A stretch of DNA of 53,148 bases from a virus. Its lineage: Duplodnaviria; Caudoviricetes. A program made the translations under genes and the position numbers. The stretch is taken from positions 1 to 53,148 of IMG/VR virus record IMGVR_UViG_3300037755_000177; one strand, 5' to 3'. The notes beneath the pieces are model-generated. The model was not told the DNA's origin. It worked only from the letters and a program-made list of their open reading frames with translations, and did no database searches. Of this stretch, positions 43,254 to 53,148 are shown piece after piece (the stretch's first letter is position 1; each line of letters begins with the position of its first letter).

Positions 43254-45960
43254 ACAAAATGTTTTGCTGTTCGCGGTCAACGCCGGGGAAGTAAGCGATA
43301 GGGCGCTCGCTCGCATCGATCTTACCAAGCTGCGCCTGGCTGCGGAAGTTCAGAAGAATATCATTCCTCGTGCAATCGGCTACGGGACGTTCCGGCCAGG
43401 CACGAAATACATTACGGGCACAGCATCCAATTCCGAGCCTCAGTTAATCCCGTTCGTCTTCAATACGGAAACCAAGGCGCTTATTGAATTAACTCCGTCC
43501 TTGATGCGCGTGCTTGTGGACGATGTTCCGATTACGCGGGTGTCTGTCACTACGGCAATCACCAATGGAACATTCACCAGCGACGTGGCGAGCTGGACCG
43601 ATACGGACGATGCTGGCGGAACGTCGGAATGGGTGACAGGCGGTTATCTTGGTCTGACCGGGAACGGGTTTTCATTCGCCATAAGAAAACAGGAAGTGAC
43701 GGTCGCGGCAGGCGATCAAAATGACGAGCACGCTTTACGAATAATCATTGAACGTGGCCCCGTCATTCTCAGGGTTGGTTCGACCGAGGGAGGCGACGAA
43801 TATATCAATGAGACGACGCTGCAAACCGGCACTCACTCTCTCGCCTTTACACCGACCGGCAACTTCTGGATTCAGTTTCAATCGAATTTAAGACGGCAGG
43901 TTCGTGTCGATAGCGTTGCGGTAGAATCTTCCGGCGTTATGACGCTGCCGACGCCTTGGGGCGCTGACGAAATAGGAGATATCCATTACGTTCAGTCCGG
44001 CGATGTTATTTTCTGTGCGCAGGACCTGGCAAGACAGCGCAGAATTGAACGCAGGGCTGCGCGTTCATGGTCGGTCGTTGAATATCTGGCAAACAAGGGC
44101 CCCTTTCGCTCGCCAGCCGATAATAGAGTCAAGATCACGCCGAGCGCCCGAACCGGAAACATAACGCTTACTGCGTCGAAGCCGTTGTTTCGGTCATCGC
44201 ATGTAGGAGCGCTATTTCGTCTGACGCAGGCTGAACAGCTTTCAGCACATACATTCACCGCAGCCGACCAATATACGGATACGATCCGCGTTACTGGCGC
44301 TGGGTCTGACGATCATTTTTTCTTTGAATTTAGTAGTCTCACAGGAACGGGAACCACTGTAACGCTGCAAATGTCGAGGGACGAACCGGGGGATTGGATC
44401 GACATAAACACTTATACGTCTAATCAGACAGTAACCTTTGGGCCATCATCCGATTACGCGAACCTGATTCGTTTTTACCGCCTTATTGTCAAGAGCGGCG
44501 ACTATTCGACCGGCTCGCCATTGGGCACGATTTGGACCGGTAATGGAGTGTCAGTTGGGATTGTCAGGATAACGGCCTTTTCGTCGAGTACATCGGTATC
44601 TGCGGAAGTATTGGAATCGCTCGGCTCAATTGAGGCGACATTCGATTGGGACGAGGGAGCATGGTCGGATTTTCGTGGCTGGCCTGAAACTGTAACCCTG
44701 CACGATGGACGTTTGTGGTGGGGCGGCAAGGATTTTGTCTATGGGTCCGTGTCGGACGAGTTCAGTAATTTTGACGATACGACCGAAGGTGATTCAGGCC
44801 CGATAGTTCGCTCATTATCCTTGGGGCCAATTGAAGGCGTGATTTGGCTGCTGTCCATGCAGCGCCTTTTGGGCGGAACCGCCAGCCAGATTGTTTCCAT
44901 GCGGGCGTCGTCTCTCGACGAGCCCATGACGCCGACGAATTTTGGTGTGCGGGAAATATCGAACCGAGGAACGTCGCATCTTCAGGCGATCAAGGTGGAC
45001 ACCACGGGAATTTATGTCCAGCGCAACCGAACGCGGGTGCGTGAAATTGTCTTCGGGGTCGAGAACAACGATTATGTCACCGACGACCTGACCAAGTTCA
45101 AACCGGAAATGTGCGATGCCGGGATTGTTTCCACTGCAATCCAGAACCAGCCCGACACCCGGATTTGGTGTGTGCTCGATGACGGTTCGGTCGCCATGTG
45201 CTGCTACGACCGCGCCGAGGAAATGGTGTGCTGGATCGATGTTGACTTCGGGGACGGGCTGGCGGTAGCGGTCACGGTATTGCCGGGTGAGGAAGAAGAC
45301 GACGTTTATCTCGCGATCAACCGGACCATCAACGGGTCCGATGTTTGCTACATCGAGAAAATGGCGCTGGAAAGCGAGTGTGTCGGCGGTTCTCTGAACA
45401 AGAATATGGATAGCCATTACGTTTATTCCGGCGCGTCCACGGCAACGATTACCGGGCTTGATCATCTTGAAGGGGAAAGCGTTGTCGTGTGGGGGAATTC
45501 TAAGGCCCTGCACGACCAGACCGATATGGAAACCGTCACGTCGGGCTCGATAACGATTTCGGAATCGGTAACAAGCGCGGTGGTCGGACTTCCTTATGAC
45601 GGACGGTTCAAGCCCGCGAAACTTGCCTATGGTGCTCAGTTGGGAACCGCAATCGGACAGAAGAAAAAGATCAGCCATCTTTTAATTCTGCTAGCCGACA
45701 CGGTTCACAAGGGAATTACCTACGGTCGGCATTTCGACGACGATTCAGATGCACCGGCAAACTACGTCATGAACAGTCTTCCCCGTGTCTATAAGGGCGC
45801 GGTGGTTTCCGAAGACAATCTCTATGACACTTTCGAAGCCGAGCCTTATTCCTTTGATGGAACATGGGATACCGACGCGCGGTTTTGCGTGAAGGCCATG
45901 AGTCCTTACCCGGCACATATTCTCGGGTTTGTGGCGGTGATGGATACGAATGAAAAATGA
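43246..45960 (+). CDS. Tail tubular protein B (nozzle)
   Basis: 'N.GE.S', 'RPGT.Y', 'QSGDV', 'GWP..V..H.GRL'. Confidence 0.8.
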   Translation: MARQNVLLFAVNAGEVSDRALARIDLTKLRLAAEVQKNIIPRAIGYGTFRPGTKYITGTASNSEPQLIPFVFNTETKALIELTPSLMRVLVDDVPITRVSVTTAITNGTFTSDVASWTDTDDAGGTSEWVTGGYLGLTGNGFSFAIRKQEVTVAAGDQNDEHALRIIIERGPVILRVGSTEGGDEYINETTLQTGTHSLAFTPTGNFWIQFQSNLRRQVRVDSVAVESSGVMTLPTPWGADEIGDIHYVQSGDVIFCAQDLARQRRIERRAARSWSVVEYLANKGPFRSPADNRVKITPSARTGNITLTASKPLFRSSHVGALFRLTQAEQLSAHTFTAADQYTDTIRVTGAGSDDHFFFEFSSLTGTGTTVTLQMSRDEPGDWIDINTYTSNQTVTFGPSSDYANLIRFYRLIVKSGDYSTGSPLGTIWTGNGVSVGIVRITAFSSSTSVSAEVLESLGSIEATFDWDEGAWSDFRGWPETVTLHDGRLWWGGKDFVYGSVSDEFSNFDDTTEGDSGPIVRSLSLGPIEGVIWLLSMQRLLGGTASQIVSMRASSLDEPMTPTNFGVREISNRGTSHLQAIKVDTTGIYVQRNRTRVREIVFGVENNDYVTDDLTKFKPEMCDAGIVSTAIQNQPDTRIWCVLDDGSVAMCCYDRAEEMVCWIDVDFGDGLAVAVTVLPGEEEDDVYLAINRTINGSDVCYIEKMALESECVGGSLNKNMDSHYVYSGASTATITGLDHLEGESVVVWGNSKALHDQTDMETVTSGSITISESVTSAVVGLPYDGRFKPAKLAYGAQLGTAIGQKKKISHLLILLADTVHKGITYGRHFDDDSDAPANYVMNSLPRVYKGAVVSEDNLYDTFEAEPYSFDGTWDTDARFCVKAMSPYPAHILGFVAVMDTNEK

Positions 45961-46339
45961 GGTCGAGATTCGTCCGGCTGTACGGGCTGATTTCGTTCGC
46001 TTTGTCGGCAGGCCTCCCCCGGAACGCTGGGGCGGCATGGCGGCAAATATCGGGAAGCTTGTCGTTGGAGTCGGCGGTGTTTGTCTATGGGAAGACGGGC
46101 GCTGGTGGGCGTTTCTCGACGCCGCTCCGGTAGCGCGGACTCCGGCCCGGTTTCACCGGACGGCGCTCAGGTATCTTCGCTCACTGGATATCGAGGAATT
46201 GTTTGTCGCCTGTGACGAGCGTTTCGACAAGGCGAGTGCATGGCTAGAACGTCTCGGTTTCAAAGAGACGAACGAAGAAATGAACGGCTGCAAAGTCTGG
46301 ATAAGAAAAACAAATGGCCGGATTCGCAACACTTCTTAG
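45950..46339 (+). CDS. GNAT-like virion assembly protein (T7 gp13-like position)
   Basis: 'WLERLGF' motif after the nozzle gene. Confidence 0.6.
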   Translation: MKNEVEIRPAVRADFVRFVGRPPPERWGGMAANIGKLVVGVGGVCLWEDGRWWAFLDAAPVARTPARFHRTALRYLRSLDIEELFVACDERFDKASAWLERLGFKETNEEMNGCKVWIRKTNGRIRNTS

Positions 46340-46943
46340 CGCCGCTTCTGCCAGTGCGGCACTTCCCACAGCGTCATCGTTTGCCCTATTCGAGGCGTTG
46401 GGGGCCGGAACTGCGGCTGGCTTCAATGCGGCGTCTGCTGCGGGTGCGACTGCCGCTGGTGCAGCAGGTATCGGTACAGCGCTCAATCTGTTGGGTACGG
46501 GCGTTTCGGCGGGCGGGCAAATCATCTCAGGCCAACAGGCGAAGCGCGCATCGAAGGCGGAAGCGGCAGAGTTGGAACGAATGGCTGGCGAGGAAAAAGC
46601 CGCCGCGCAAAGGAAGGCTTCCGAAAAGCGCCGTCAGATGAATCTATTGCTCTCACGCTCTCAAGCTGTATCCGCTGCTTCGGGAGCCGGGGCTACTGAT
46701 CCGACTGTCCTTGCGACGGAGGGCGGGATTGTCGAGGAAGGCGAATATCAGGCGGGGGTGGAGACGTATCTGGGCGAGACGCGAGCCAGGGGCTATCAGG
46801 GCAAGGCTGCGCTCGCGCGTGCGGAAGGCGATGATGCAGCCAGATCGAGCTTTATTAATGCAGGCGGCACGATCCTGTCCGGTATCGGGTCCTATTATGA
46901 CAGGTACGGTCGGCGTGGCGGTACGGCATTGAGGTACGGCTGA
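46314..46943 (+). CDS. Small internal virion (ejection) protein
   Basis: A/G-rich hydrophobic N-terminus, 'AASGAG', helical. Confidence 0.7.
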   Translation: MAGFATLLSAASASAALPTASSFALFEALGAGTAAGFNAASAAGATAAGAAGIGTALNLLGTGVSAGGQIISGQQAKRASKAEAAELERMAGEEKAAAQRKASEKRRQMNLLLSRSQAVSAASGAGATDPTVLATEGGIVEEGEYQAGVETYLGETRARGYQGKAALARAEGDDAARSSFINAGGTILSGIGSYYDRYGRRGGTALRYG

Positions 46944-49510
46944 TGCCGCGACTGCCAAGCAGGGACGATCTGGGCCAGGCTTCATCGTTGCGCCCCACGG
47001 GGCCGATGGTTGGCGGGTTTCGCTCGAATATCGGCAATGCGGTTCAGTCCGCAGCCAAGGGCGTCAATTCGCTCGCGATAGCGTTTGACAATGAAGACAA
47101 ATTTAACGCCGAGCGAAAGTTTACCGAGTTCGCCTATGAACAGGAACAGTCTTATTCTGAAACCTTGAAGAACGCCCAGCCCGGCGCTGCCGGTTTACGG
47201 GATGGTGTGGTCGGTGGCTATCAGGATTCGGCCAAGAAGTTTCTCAAGAACATTCCCGATCATCTAAAGGGTGAATATGACGGGAAGTTGCTGGATTATG
47301 AAACTCGACTATCGCGGTCGTCCGATGCTTTCGAGACGAAGGAGCGCGAGCGGTTTTCGATTGAAGGCGTAACGGACGCCCATAACAAACTCGCCCTGCT
47401 GGTGGAGGCGGACCCTACGAAATACAAAGAAGCCGCGGAATCCAGCAGGGTGCTTCTTGAAACGGTGCCCACGGATAACATCACGCGCGAGACGCTGCGC
47501 AAGAAATTCAGCGGCGTTGTGGCGAAAGCCGGTGTCGAGGGCATACTGAAGGCGGGCGGGACGGAAGCGGACGTAAGGGCTTTCATCAAAGGTTCTGGCC
47601 CGGCTAAATCCGTTCCTCAGTCCGGCATACAGGGCCAGATCGCCAATAACGTTTCTAATGCGCCTTATGCCTTGGCCGTTGCGGAACGCGAGTCGTCGTT
47701 CAAGCACGATGCGAAAGCATCGAAGACAATACGCGGCCTGTTTCAGATGGACGCGGCCACAAGGGCCAAATACGGGATAACCGAGAACGCCACTCCCGAG
47801 GAACAGGCCAAAGCCTTCGACCGTATGACGGCGGACAGGACCAATGAACTAGGCTCGGTCATCGGTCGCAAGCCTAGTTTGAAGGAAACCTATCTCGCGC
47901 ATCATTTCGGCGTTCAGGGTGCGGCGGAATTGCTCAATGCCGATCCAGACGAGTCAACGAAGGATTGGGTATTCCGAACCTTTGGCAATAAGGCCCGCGC
48001 GGTCTGGGACCAGAACAAGCATATTCGTGACGCAAAGACGGTCGGAAACCTGATTCAATCGACAGGTGCCGACATTGAAAAGCGTGTCGCCAAATATGGT
48101 GGCGATGCGAACGCGGAATATGGTGCCGGTGCATCGGCAGGGGTCGGTAGCGATATAGAGGCGTTCGCTGAGGTTCGTATTCGTGCTTACAGAAAGAATT
48201 TCCAGCAAGCGTATATGAAGAAGGCAGAGGATTACGAAGCATATCTGCGCTCAGGAAACACACAGACTGGTGCATTTTCTACAGATGAACTAGCCGCCAA
48301 TCTTGACGCTGACACCGCGATAAAAATGCGCGACCGATTGGACAATGCCCAGTCATTTGGGCGGGATGTTGCGTCGGTAAAATTTGCATCGCCGGATGAA
48401 GTTGACCGGCTGGTAAAAAGGGCCCGCAAAGGTTTGGAAAGCCCAGACGACTTTGAACGCAAGGCAAAGGAATACAACCAACTCGCACAGGTTATTGAAC
48501 AGCGAAACAAGGCGCTTCTAGACGACTCAGCAAAATACGTATTGCAAAACCCAGCCGTTGCCGATTCGTATGCAAAGGCGTTTGACCAATCAACCCCGCA
48601 AGAACAGCGCGGGGAGGCAATGGATCAATACGTTTCGGACGTTCTTGCGGAGCAGAAGCGCCTCGGTCTTCCAATAGATGCGCAGCGTGTATTACCGAAG
48701 CAGGTAGCGCAGGACATCGCGCGGCAGTTCAACCAGAAGGCCAATGGCAGCCAAGGCGCTGTTGCCGCAATGAACCAATTGCAATCACAATGGGGAAAAC
48801 ATTTCCCGCGCGTCATGGGAGAGATTGGAAAGGACATTCCAGCCCGCGCCCGAGTTGTCGCGTCAATGAACCGTCTAGAGCAAAGGGTTTCCGCCGAACG
48901 GCTTGCGGAACTGGCTGTACGCGGCGAAAAGGCGATTGATGAATCGCTCGACACAACGCAGAAGCGGGATATTGGTGACGCCGTTCGCACTGCATCCGCG
49001 CCGCTTCTCGCTACGTTACAGGGCGTGCCTGGCGGTACGGCAGAATTCGAGACATACCGATCATCGGTTGAATTGCTTGCCAAGGATTATGTGCTTGGCG
49101 GGATGAGCGCGTCGGGCGCGGCGACAAAGGCATTCAACGATATTGTCGGAAGCAAGTACGAATTCATCGGTACAATGCGCGTGCCCGTTGAGGTTGGCGT
49201 AAGTACCGTTCGCCGTGGCGCATCGACCGCGCTTGCCAATATCGGCAATTTCGATCTGAAAATCCCCGAGGCATTGGCACCGGGACTCGACAAGAAATCA
49301 ATCAAGGAAAGTTACATCGCTTCACTGCAATCGTTTGGGCAATGGTACGCGGCCCCGGATGAAAGCGGATTGATCCTGTACGGGCCGGATCGCCGCGCGG
49401 TTACTCTTTCCAATGGCGATCTATTGGTTATTCCGTGGGACAACCTGCCTGAGATTGCCAAGGGCGGTCGCGGGTATGGCGCAGCATCGCAATGGACCGC
49501 ACAGCCATGA
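46943..49510 (+). CDS. Internal virion protein with lytic transglycosylase domain
   Basis: 'AERESSF...RGLFQM...YLAHHFG'. Confidence 0.75.
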   Translation: MPRLPSRDDLGQASSLRPTGPMVGGFRSNIGNAVQSAAKGVNSLAIAFDNEDKFNAERKFTEFAYEQEQSYSETLKNAQPGAAGLRDGVVGGYQDSAKKFLKNIPDHLKGEYDGKLLDYETRLSRSSDAFETKERERFSIEGVTDAHNKLALLVEADPTKYKEAAESSRVLLETVPTDNITRETLRKKFSGVVAKAGVEGILKAGGTEADVRAFIKGSGPAKSVPQSGIQGQIANNVSNAPYALAVAERESSFKHDAKASKTIRGLFQMDAATRAKYGITENATPEEQAKAFDRMTADRTNELGSVIGRKPSLKETYLAHHFGVQGAAELLNADPDESTKDWVFRTFGNKARAVWDQNKHIRDAKTVGNLIQSTGADIEKRVAKYGGDANAEYGAGASAGVGSDIEAFAEVRIRAYRKNFQQAYMKKAEDYEAYLRSGNTQTGAFSTDELAANLDADTAIKMRDRLDNAQSFGRDVASVKFASPDEVDRLVKRARKGLESPDDFERKAKEYNQLAQVIEQRNKALLDDSAKYVLQNPAVADSYAKAFDQSTPQEQRGEAMDQYVSDVLAEQKRLGLPIDAQRVLPKQVAQDIARQFNQKANGSQGAVAAMNQLQSQWGKHFPRVMGEIGKDIPARARVVASMNRLEQRVSAERLAELAVRGEKAIDESLDTTQKRDIGDAVRTASAPLLATLQGVPGGTAEFETYRSSVELLAKDYVLGGMSASGAATKAFNDIVGSKYEFIGTMRVPVEVGVSTVRRGASTALANIGNFDLKIPEALAPGLDKKSIKESYIASLQSFGQWYAAPDESGLILYGPDRRAVTLSNGDLLVIPWDNLPEIAKGGRGYGAASQWTAQP

Positions 49511-50925
49511 CAATCTACACACAGGTTCGCACGGGGCATTCTGTCCTTGAGGAATTTCCCGCAACCTTTGGTCAGTCGCTTGGTGTAGCGGCTGAAGAAG
49601 CAATTACATTCAGCCCGTCCGATTCCATTCGTCGGATGCTTGAATTGCGTCAGGCGGAAGATGGGGAGCCAATCAGCCTCGGGACCGATACAGGAGAAGA
49701 ACCGTGGCGTGCGCCGCCAACGCCAATGGTTCCGGCGGAGTCCGCTCGGCAGAAAATCAAGGATGCGGGACTGGATTTGACAGTTCCAGATACTGGCATA
49801 CGCGAGGGCGTTCTTGAAATTCTGATGGAGCGCAAACGGGACGAGAGACGCAGACAGGATATTATGAACCGCGCCCCGTCCGGGGTATTGCCAACGGCTG
49901 GAAGGTTTGGCGTAGCGATTGCTGCTTCAATGCTCGATCCGCTGAATGTTGCGAGCGCATTCATTCCTGTTGTCAGCGCGGCTCGTTATACGGCAGCTCT
50001 TGGCAGAGCTACATCTGCACTAGGACGAGCGGGAACTCGTGCGCGAGTTGGCGCAGTTGAGGGCGCGGTCGGTGCCGCTGTTGTCGAGCCGATTGTAATT
50101 GCTGCTGCATCACAGGAACAGGCCGATTATGACCTGTTCGATAGCTTGCTGAACATCGGGCTTGGCACTGCATTAGGTGGAGGTCTGCATGTGGGATTTG
50201 GTGCCGCATCCGATGCTCTATCGCGCGGGCAGCATTGGTCACAGGCTAGGGCAAGTGAACCATTGCCGCAGATTCTTGAGCGGGCTGAACCGGAAGTTCG
50301 CGAGGCTGCGTTAAGAACGGCAGTTGCGCAGACGATGGAGGGGCGCGCGGTTAATGTTGAGCCGATTGTTCAGGAGCGCATTGCTGGCGCTGCCGTCAAA
50401 TACGAGGACCAAGTTTTTACTGGCATCAATCACGGCGAAGCATATGAGAATGCGGTTCGCAGTCTCGGCTTCGATCCGTTCGAGGCGGGGTCTGGTGCGC
50501 GCGGGGCTAATATAGCCGAACGCCGCGACCTAAACGGATTCGTGACTAATACTGGACGCTTTGTTGACAGAATAGATGCGATGCGAATCGCGCGCGATGC
50601 GGAGCAGGCGACCACTCAAAAAGTCTTTAGCAATGTCCTTATGTCTCACCAACTAAAGCCAGAAGAAGCAATCCGCACCGCAGACTTTGAGGCATCGCGC
50701 GTTGCCGACGAGCGCATCAAAGAAATACCGGACGACGAAGACTTGCCAGAACTCACCATGAAAGAGGCGGTCGAGGACGCCGAGACACTAGCCAAGTCTT
50801 TCGGTGACAACGAGCTGGTAACGCGCGAACTTGCTGACTTTGACGAATTATCCAAGACAGCCGACGCCTACGGCAAGGCAGTACGCGCCGCTGGGGCGTG
50901 TCAACTTCGGCGCGGTGCCGCATGA
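49507..50925 (+). CDS. Internal virion protein
   Basis: 'DPLN....F', G/A-rich hydrophobic helices, ends 'A..C.LR'. Confidence 0.7.
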   Translation: MTIYTQVRTGHSVLEEFPATFGQSLGVAAEEAITFSPSDSIRRMLELRQAEDGEPISLGTDTGEEPWRAPPTPMVPAESARQKIKDAGLDLTVPDTGIREGVLEILMERKRDERRRQDIMNRAPSGVLPTAGRFGVAIAASMLDPLNVASAFIPVVSAARYTAALGRATSALGRAGTRARVGAVEGAVGAAVVEPIVIAAASQEQADYDLFDSLLNIGLGTALGGGLHVGFGAASDALSRGQHWSQARASEPLPQILERAEPEVREAALRTAVAQTMEGRAVNVEPIVQERIAGAAVKYEDQVFTGINHGEAYENAVRSLGFDPFEAGSGARGANIAERRDLNGFVTNTGRFVDRIDAMRIARDAEQATTQKVFSNVLMSHQLKPEEAIRTADFEASRVADERIKEIPDDEDLPELTMKEAVEDAETLAKSFGDNELVTRELADFDELSKTADAYGKAVRAAGACQLRRGAA

Positions 50926-53148
50926 GTTACGAGGAATGCGTTGCTGAAATCATCGCGGCGGCAGGCAGGCCGCTTAATGACGACGAACTAAGCGACCTTC
51001 TGGAAGAACTACAGCGGCGCATTCGTCAAGAACAGCAGATGCGCGCGGGCGACGATCTGGATTCAATCGTCCGGGACGCGGCCGATTCCTACGCGCAGGA
51101 CATGGCCGCCGCCGCAACAATCGAAAAGCGCAATGCGGCTATCAACCTGAAGCGCAAACTAGAGGCCATCGACTTTGTAAAAACTCGGTTTGCGGACAAC
51201 CAGGCAGAGGGTGTTGAGGCCTATCTGGTCGGCATCAACCGGCCAGTTAAGGGCGCACGCAACAGCGCGGCAGCAGAGCAAAACTCACTAAAGGATAGAT
51301 ACCTTGGCGGGTTCATTGCCGATGTGGAAAAGCGCGGGCTCTGGAAGGTGTTTGTTCGCGGCGACATGGATCAAGACGTTGCGCGGGCTTTATGGGCGCG
51401 CAACCGCGAGCAGCCCATGCCCGTCGATGTCCCGCGCGAGGCGGACGAAATCGCTGAAGTCATTGCCAAGTGGCAGGACATAGTTCGGCAGGACGCTAAC
51501 GGAGCCGGGGCGTGGATCAAGAAAATGCCCGGCTACATCGTGCGGCAATCGCACGACATGATAAAGATTCGTCAGGCCGGGTATGAGGCGTGGCGCGATT
51601 GGATACTACCGAGACTCGATGGCAACCGTACTTTTGAGGGTGCCGACCCCGAGAAGTTTCTAAGGGGCGTCTATGACGGCCTAGCCTCTGGCGTCCATCT
51701 GAAAAGCGGTGCGCAGCCAGCGTTCAAGGGGCCGCGCAATATCGCCAAGAAAGCCTCGGCGGAACGGGTACTGCATTTCCGCGATGCCGATGCGTGGTTT
51801 GAGTATAACCAGCAATTCGGCACGGGAAGTCTGCGCGAGGCGTTGCTTCGCGGGTTTGAAATTAACGCGCAGACAACCGGCCTCATGCGCCGTCTTGGGA
51901 CCAACCCGGAGGCAAACCTTAACAGCATTATTGACACGCTAACCAAGGGCATTGCCGACCCTGAAAAGAGGGCCGCATTCGTTCAGGCGTCACGCGGGAA
52001 ACTGCGCAACCAATATCTTGAACTGGACGGATCAACGCGGACTCCCGTTAATCATATGGGCGCTCGTATTGGTTCTGGCGTCCGCATTACGCAGCGCATG
52101 GCAAAGTTGGGAGCATCGCTGCTGTCCCAATTTGGGGATATCCCATTGTACGCATCCGAGATGCGTTATCAGGGCGGCACGATGTTGGGCGGGATTGGGG
52201 AATCAATCGGCAATTTGTTCCGGGGGCGCGGGTCTGCCGAGAAGCGTGAAATCGGTGGAATGCTTGGCGTCGTTTCGGATGTCATGTCCGGTGAGGTAAC
52301 GGCGCGGTTTTCGATTGCCGACGATGATGTTCCTGGCATGATGACGCGCCTGCAACAAAAGTTCTTCAAGTGGAACGGCATGAGTTGGTGGACAGACGCG
52401 CAACGGCGCGGTGCCATCTTTGCAATGTCGCATCGCCTCGCACTTAATATAGATAAACAGTGGGCGCAAATCGACCCCGACTTGCAACGCACGCTGCGTC
52501 TGTTCGCAATAGACGAACCGGAATGGAGCATCATCCGCACGGCGTCCACGAAAGAAGCGGACGGGCGGGCGTATGTCGTGCCCGAGACAATTCTGGAATT
52601 GCCGGACGGGCCATTTAGTGCGTTGCTGACGCGACAGGGTGTTAACCCGACGCCACGCCGCATTAAAGATTTGAAGAATGAGCTTGCCGATAAGGTGCGT
52701 AATTACTTCATTGATCGCGCAGGTTACGCGACAATCATGCCCGATCAGCGCACTCGCGCCCTTATGCAGCGCGGCACAAGGCCGGGAACCGTAGAGGGGG
52801 AATTTCTCCGGTCGATTGGCGAACTGAAGGCGTTTCCGGTTTCTGTTCTACAAAAGTCGGTTGGTCGTGAATTATACGGGCGCGGAGCAAATACGCTTGG
52901 GGAAGCTCTGCGCAACGGCAACGGTGAAATGCTTGGAATGGCGCAGTTGATTTTATGGACGACTGCGTTTGGTTACATATCAATGTCGGCAAAGGACTTG
53001 GTGAAGGGTCGCGCACCGCGCGACCCGGCTGCGTACAAGACATGGCTTGCAGCAATGGCGCAGGGCGGCGGTGCCGGTATCTATGGAGACTTCCTGTTCG
53101 GTGAGGTTCGCAACAGATTTGGTGGGGGGCTCCTATCAACCCTTGCCG
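50922..53148 (+). CDS. Large internal virion (ejection) protein, about 830 aa when joined to 3-410
   Basis: ATGA coupling at 50922; MSYEECVAEI...; absent from the ORF track because the frame runs off the end; in frame with 51-410. Confidence 0.8.
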   Translation, partial: MSYEECVAEIIAAAGRPLNDDELSDLLEELQRRIRQEQQMRAGDDLDSIVRDAADSYAQDMAAAATIEKRNAAINLKRKLEAIDFVKTRFADNQAEGVEAYLVGINRPVKGARNSAAAEQNSLKDRYLGGFIADVEKRGLWKVFVRGDMDQDVARALWARNREQPMPVDVPREADEIAEVIAKWQDIVRQDANGAGAWIKKMPGYIVRQSHDMIKIRQAGYEAWRDWILPRLDGNRTFEGADPEKFLRGVYDGLASGVHLKSGAQPAFKGPRNIAKKASAERVLHFRDADAWFEYNQQFGTGSLREALLRGFEINAQTTGLMRRLGTNPEANLNSIIDTLTKGIADPEKRAAFVQASRGKLRNQYLELDGSTRTPVNHMGARIGSGVRITQRMAKLGASLLSQFGDIPLYASEMRYQGGTMLGGIGESIGNLFRGRGSAEKREIGGMLGVVSDVMSGEVTARFSIADDDVPGMMTRLQQKFFKWNGMSWWTDAQRRGAIFAMSHRLALNIDKQWAQIDPDLQRTLRLFAIDEPEWSIIRTASTKEADGRAYVVPETILELPDGPFSALLTRQGVNPTPRRIKDLKNELADKVRNYFIDRAGYATIMPDQRTRALMQRGTRPGTVEGEFLRSIGELKAFPVSVLQKSVGRELYGRGANTLGEALRNGNGEMLGMAQLILWTTAFGYISMSAKDLVKGRAPRDPAAYKTWLAAMAQGGGAGIYGDFLFGEVRNRFGGGLLSTLA
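53005..53148. repeat. Terminal overlap, copy 2
   Basis: Matches 1-144. Confidence 0.95.

Overview
The window appears to be a complete, circularly permuted genome (about 53,004 bp unique; 1-144 overlaps 53005-53148) of a temperate podovirus with BPP-1/epsilon15-like virion genes. The host is probably an alphaproteobacterium (Rhizobiales-like gene content; inference). Gene order: tail and receptor-binding genes (0.6-4.8 kb), an extended lysis cluster (4.8-9.1 kb), then a leftward early arm with small genes, tRNA-Pro(UGG), an RtcB RNA ligase, attP (3' half of tRNA-Pro(GGG)), integrase/excisionase, recombination genes and two ParB-fold genes. Next come a lambda-like cI/cro switch with palindromic operators, replication genes with iterons, a Q-like gene, tRNA-Gln and terS. 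A 6.6 kb sugar-modification cluster is wedged between terS and terL, followed by portal, scaffold, capsid, tail tubular and ejection proteins. Three things stand out. (1) A family of about 12 related intergenic sites (GGACTA...TCAGTAC...GGAGAGCAAGGTGC / GGACTAGCAGC) with fixed internal spacing brackets accessory genes in inverted pairs or tandem arrays, suggesting an unrecognised gene-cassette system. (2) A PseB/HisF-like/amidotransferase/dioxygenase/methyltransferase/sialyltransferase-like cluster sits in the late operon (candidate virion glycosylation). (3) rtcB plus an atypical tRNA-Pro lie immediately downstream of attP. All product calls come from motif recognition by eye; no database searches were run.
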